Positions 60,810 through 64,000 of a DNA stretch of 64,000 nt are shown one piece after another. The notes under the pieces are model-generated. The model made no database searches. It was given only the letters and a program-made list of their open reading frames with translations, and was not told where the DNA came from. Source of the stretch: an uncultured delta proteobacterium (lineage in GTDB: Bacteria; Desulfobacterota; Binatia; UBA9968); contig CAVXEP010000029.1 of assembly GCA_963760795.1 (NCBI GenBank), forward strand, positions 160,001-224,000. Reading direction: 5' to 3'. The position numbers and the translations under genes are program-made. Position 1 is the first letter of the stretch, and every line of letters starts with the position of its first letter.

Positions 60810-61982
60810 CTATGGCTTAAGGACAACTTTGATACATTTGTCCTCTTTTTCGTTAAAAATCTTATAGCCGCGCGGTGCATCCTCGAGTTTCATCCTGTGT
60901 GTAATTATAAATGAAGGATCGATCTCGCCGTTTAGAATTTTTTCGAATAGCATTGGCATATATTTTTGCACGTGCGTTTGCCCCATTTTAAAGGTTAATC
61001 CTTTATTCATCGCTGCCCCGAACGGAAGTTTGTCGGCAAATCCTACATATACACCTGGTATGGAGATGGTTCCCCCTTTACGGCAGCTCATAATTGCCTG
61101 CCGCAAAACATGCGGTCGGTCGGTAGCAAGCATGGTAGCCGTTTTTACGCGGTCGAGAACACCATCTATAGTTCCACCCGCGTGGGCTTCAAGTCCGACG
61201 GCATCCATACAGCGGTCGGGGCCACGATCACTAGTCATAAGCATCAGAGTCTCGTAAACATCGGCCTTGCTGAAATCGATAATTTCGGCTTTGCTTTGAG
61301 ATTGAGCCATGGCGAGTCGTTCCGGCACATCGTCGATCATTATTACTCTACCCGCGCCAAGCATCGAAGCACATCGGACTGCGAGTTGGCCGACGGGCCC
61401 GCCGCCCCAGATTGCCACCGTATCACCGTTTTCTATCGCGCAATTCTCGGCTGCCATATAAGCAGTCGGGAGAATATCCGACAGAAACAAAACTTTCTCG
61501 TCTTCAATGCCACTGGGGATTTTGAACGGTCCGACATCAGCAAACGGTACGCGAAGGTATTCCGCTTGGCCGCCGGCAAAACCGCCGAGCATGTGCGAGA
61601 ATCCGAACAGTCCCGCCGGCGAATGTCCCATCGCTTCGCGAGCTATCGGCGCGTTGGGATTCGATTTGTCGCACAATGAATACATTTTCTTGATGCAGAA
61701 TTCACATCCTCCGCAGGCAATAACGAATGGCACCACCACTTTATCGCCTACGTTTAAGGTATTTATTCCCCTGCCCACCTCCACGACCTCGCCCATGTTT
61801 TCGTGACCTAGAATGTCGCCTTTCTCCATCGTTGGTTGAAAACCGTTGTGAAGATGCAAGTCAGATCCACAGATAGCCGTGGACGTGATTTTAATTATCG
61901 CGTCGCGCGGATCCTGAATTTTAGGGTCCGGTACATTTTCTACACGCACGTCTTTCGTTCCATGCCAACATAATGCTTTCAT
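60810..61982 (-). CDS. Zn-dependent medium-chain dehydrogenase (FDH-like/YbdR family)
   Basis: ICGSDLH, GHE, CxxCxxC...[18 protein letters not shown]. Confidence 0.9.
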   Translation of the reverse strand: MKALCWHGTKDVRVENVPDPKIQDPRDAIIKITSTAICGSDLHLHNGFQPTMEKGDILGHENMGEVVEVGRGINTLNVGDKVVVPFVIACGGCEFCIKKMYSLCDKSNPNAPIAREAMGHSPAGLFGFSHMLGGFAGGQAEYLRVPFADVGPFKIPSGIEDEKVLFLSDILPTAYMAAENCAIENGDTVAIWGGGPVGQLAVRCASMLGAGRVIMIDDVPERLAMAQSQSKAEIIDFSKADVYETLMLMTSDRGPDRCMDAVGLEAHAGGTIDGVLDRVKTATMLATDRPHVLRQAIMSCRKGGTISIPGVYVGFADKLPFGAAMNKGLTFKMGQTHVQKYMPMLFEKILNGEIDPSFIITHRMKLEDAPRGYKIFNEKEDKCIKVVLKP

Positions 61983-62111
61983 TTATTTCCTCCGGAATTA
62001 CGGCAATTGCCACATTCTCCAAATAGAACCTGAACCTGATCGACTCGACACCGTTCACGGCCGCCAGAAGCGATAAGACCAAGTAAACTGTCCTTTGGCC
62101 GCGGTGCCGAT

Positions 62112-64000
62112 CTAAACGGGAGGAGGGTCCATTTCACGCTCAAAATGGCGGTGCTTGGCAATCGCTTCGACAAACTTTGCTAATGCCTCATCAGCCTGCT
62201 CATCGGGAAATACCAGCATGCCGGGATCAGGGTCACCGTTCGCTAAGGTTAACGGTACGCCGGCATTTTCTACCAGGTCACGGCCGGCTCCGATAACTAA
62301 AATGGGTTTGCAGTGACGATATTGTTCTTTGACGAATTCGGCCGCCTGTCCCAAGTTGCCTAATATCTTGATAGCTTCGCGCCCACTGGGCACGACCAGC
62401 GCGTCATAGAGTACCGCGGGAACCGCTTCCATGGTTGTATCGACTTCGATCCGTTCTCCGCCGTCGGCACTTGCGACGCTGCCTAGGCGGGCTCCGACGA
62501 AACGGGGCACTGCGCCCTGTGCGGTGAGACCCTCGTGCAATGCTCTGACATCGGCACCGGCGACTCCGTCAGCCACCAAGATGGCGATTCGCCGTGTGCG
62601 TACACTGCCGTCGCCCGGTCGGGCGAACAACGAGAGAGCTGGAGAGGCTTTAACCTCGGGCACCGTCGGTTTTTCCAGCGCCTTAGGCTGTGCTGGCGGC
62701 AGTGCCATGCCGAGTCCTTCAGCTACACTGGCGGCAAGATCCGCAGCGACGTTTGCCAGCATGGCGACGACTCGCTCGCGGATCGCCGGGACCTGGGCTC
62801 GTGACAGCTCAAAACGAAATGCCCGGATGATATGGGCCTTCTCGACGGCAGTTTGACTGTTCCAGAACAGTGTCGCCTGGGAATAATGATCGGCGAAGCG
62901 CTCCGGCTTGCCGCGCACCTGGTCGCCGTTCAAAGGCTCTGGAAACGAGCTAAAACCAGCCCCGCCGGCTTGAAAGGGACAACCGCCCGCGAGCGAATTC
63001 GGTTCGTAGGCGACCCGACCCCGGTTGATCGCCTGACGATGCATGCCGTCGCGCTGGTTATTGTGCGGCGGCGCCACCGGTGCGTTGATCGGAATCTCGT
63101 GAAAGTTAGGTCCGCCGAGCCGCGATATCTGGGTGTCTACGTAGGAGTGAATGCGCCCCGCCAGTAGTGGGTCGTTGGAAAAGTCCAATCCCGGCACGAT
63201 GTGCGCCGCACAGAACGCTACCTGCTCGGTTTCCGCGAAAAAATTGTCTGGGTTACGGTTAAGAGTCATTTTACCGACGGGCATGACGGGCACCAGTTCC
63301 TCGGGAACGAGTTTGGTCGCGTCCAACACGTCGAAGCTGAACTTATCCGCCTGCTTTTCAGTGAAGATTTGCATGCCGAATTCGTATTCGGGATAGGCGC
63401 CCGATTCGATCGCTTCCCAGAGATCGCGTCGGTGGAAGTCGACATCGGCCCCGGCGATTTTGACCGCCTCGTCCCAATCGAGCGAATGAGTGCCGGCGAC
63501 GGGTCGCCAGTGAAATTTTACAAACTGAGACTCGCCGTCAGCGTTGACCAATCGAAAAGTATGCACGCCGAAGCCTTGCATCATGCGGTAGCTGCGCGGA
63601 ATGGCTCGATCGGACATCACCCACAGCATCATATGCGTCGATTCCGGCATGAGCGAAATAAAATCCCAGAAAGTATCGTGCGCCGTCGAGGCTTGCGGGA
63701 TCGCAAAGTGCGGCTCAGGCTTGGCGGCATGAACCAGGTCGGGGAATTTCATCGCATCCTGAATGAAAAAAACCGGAATATTGTTGCCGACCAAATCAAA
63801 ATTGCCCTGGTCGGTATAGAACTTCACCGCGAATCCGCGCACGTCGCGCGCTGTATCGGCAGAGCCCCGTTCGCCAATAACGGTCGAGAAGCGCACGAAC
63901 ACGGGCGTGCGCTTGCCGGCTTCGGCAAAGAGTGACGCCGCCGTATATTTTTTGAGCGATTCGTAGCATTGGAAATAGCCGTGCGCGGCCGAACCGCGGG
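62112..64000 (-). CDS. katE: Second large-subunit catalase (HPII); 5' end beyond the window
   Basis: Frame open to the edge (RGSAAHGYF); [14 protein letters not shown]; C-terminal DJ-1-like domain. Confidence 0.95.
   Translation of the reverse strand, partial: RGSAAHGYFQCYESLKKYTAASLFAEAGKRTPVFVRFSTVIGERGSADTARDVRGFAVKFYTDQGNFDLVGNNIPVFFIQDAMKFPDLVHAAKPEPHFAIPQASTAHDTFWDFISLMPESTHMMLWVMSDRAIPRSYRMMQGFGVHTFRLVNADGESQFVKFHWRPVAGTHSLDWDEAVKIAGADVDFHRRDLWEAIESGAYPEYEFGMQIFTEKQADKFSFDVLDATKLVPEELVPVMPVGKMTLNRNPDNFFAETEQVAFCAAHIVPGLDFSNDPLLAGRIHSYVDTQISRLGGPNFHEIPINAPVAPPHNNQRDGMHRQAINRGRVAYEPNSLAGGCPFQAGGAGFSSFPEPLNGDQVRGKPERFADHYSQATLFWNSQTAVEKAHIIRAFRFELSRAQVPAIRERVVAMLANVAADLAASVAEGLGMALPPAQPKALEKPTVPEVKASPALSLFARPGDGSVRTRRIAILVADGVAGADVRALHEGLTAQGAVPRFVGARLGSVASADGGERIEVDTTMEAVPAVLYDALVVPSGREAIKILGNLGQAAEFVKEQYRHCKPILVIGAGRDLVENAGVPLTLANGDPDPGMLVFPDEQADEALAKFVEAIAKHRHFEREMDPPPV

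Overview
Bacterial chromosomal DNA. The lineage is inferred from gene content and style only, and looks like Candidatus Binatota or a related deltaproteobacterium-like group. Bases 1-5.9 kb hold ordinary catabolic genes: an Fe3+/thiamine-class ABC binding protein and permease, a xanthine-dehydrogenase-family molybdopterin subunit and an IclR regulator. An IS481 remnant at ~6.3 kb marks the start of a >55 kb general-stress/desiccation island. Its stress genes include CsbD, a ferritin-like protein, two hemerythrin-like proteins, two BON lipoproteins, an ElaB/YqjE/YqjK-like triad, two AI-2E proteins, YflT-like proteins, two KatE, KatG with a Fur-family regulator and a Zn-dehydrogenase. It also encodes phospholipase D, DUF748, topoisomerase IB, TreZ/GlgX/amylo-1,6-glucosidase and YihY. 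The main finding is regulatory. About 21 sigma54-type -24/-12 elements (GG-N10-GC) sit in front of the island's operons in the correct orientation. Many are paired with a 16-bp palindrome (consensus GTCYCA-N4-TGRGAC), often in tandem at 31-32 bp spacing. The island also encodes an NtrC-family activator whose own promoter carries the best copies. Together this suggests a self-contained sigma54-driven general stress regulon. Also notable: a MetE-core protein translationally coupled to a PAS-PAS hybrid kinase, AI-2E proteins fused to a degenerate cobalamin-binding-like module, unannotated microproteins and highly basic C-terminal tails. About 15 frameshifts in otherwise intact island genes are all +1, which points to sequencing insertion errors. 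All motif calls were made by eye and no database searches were run.
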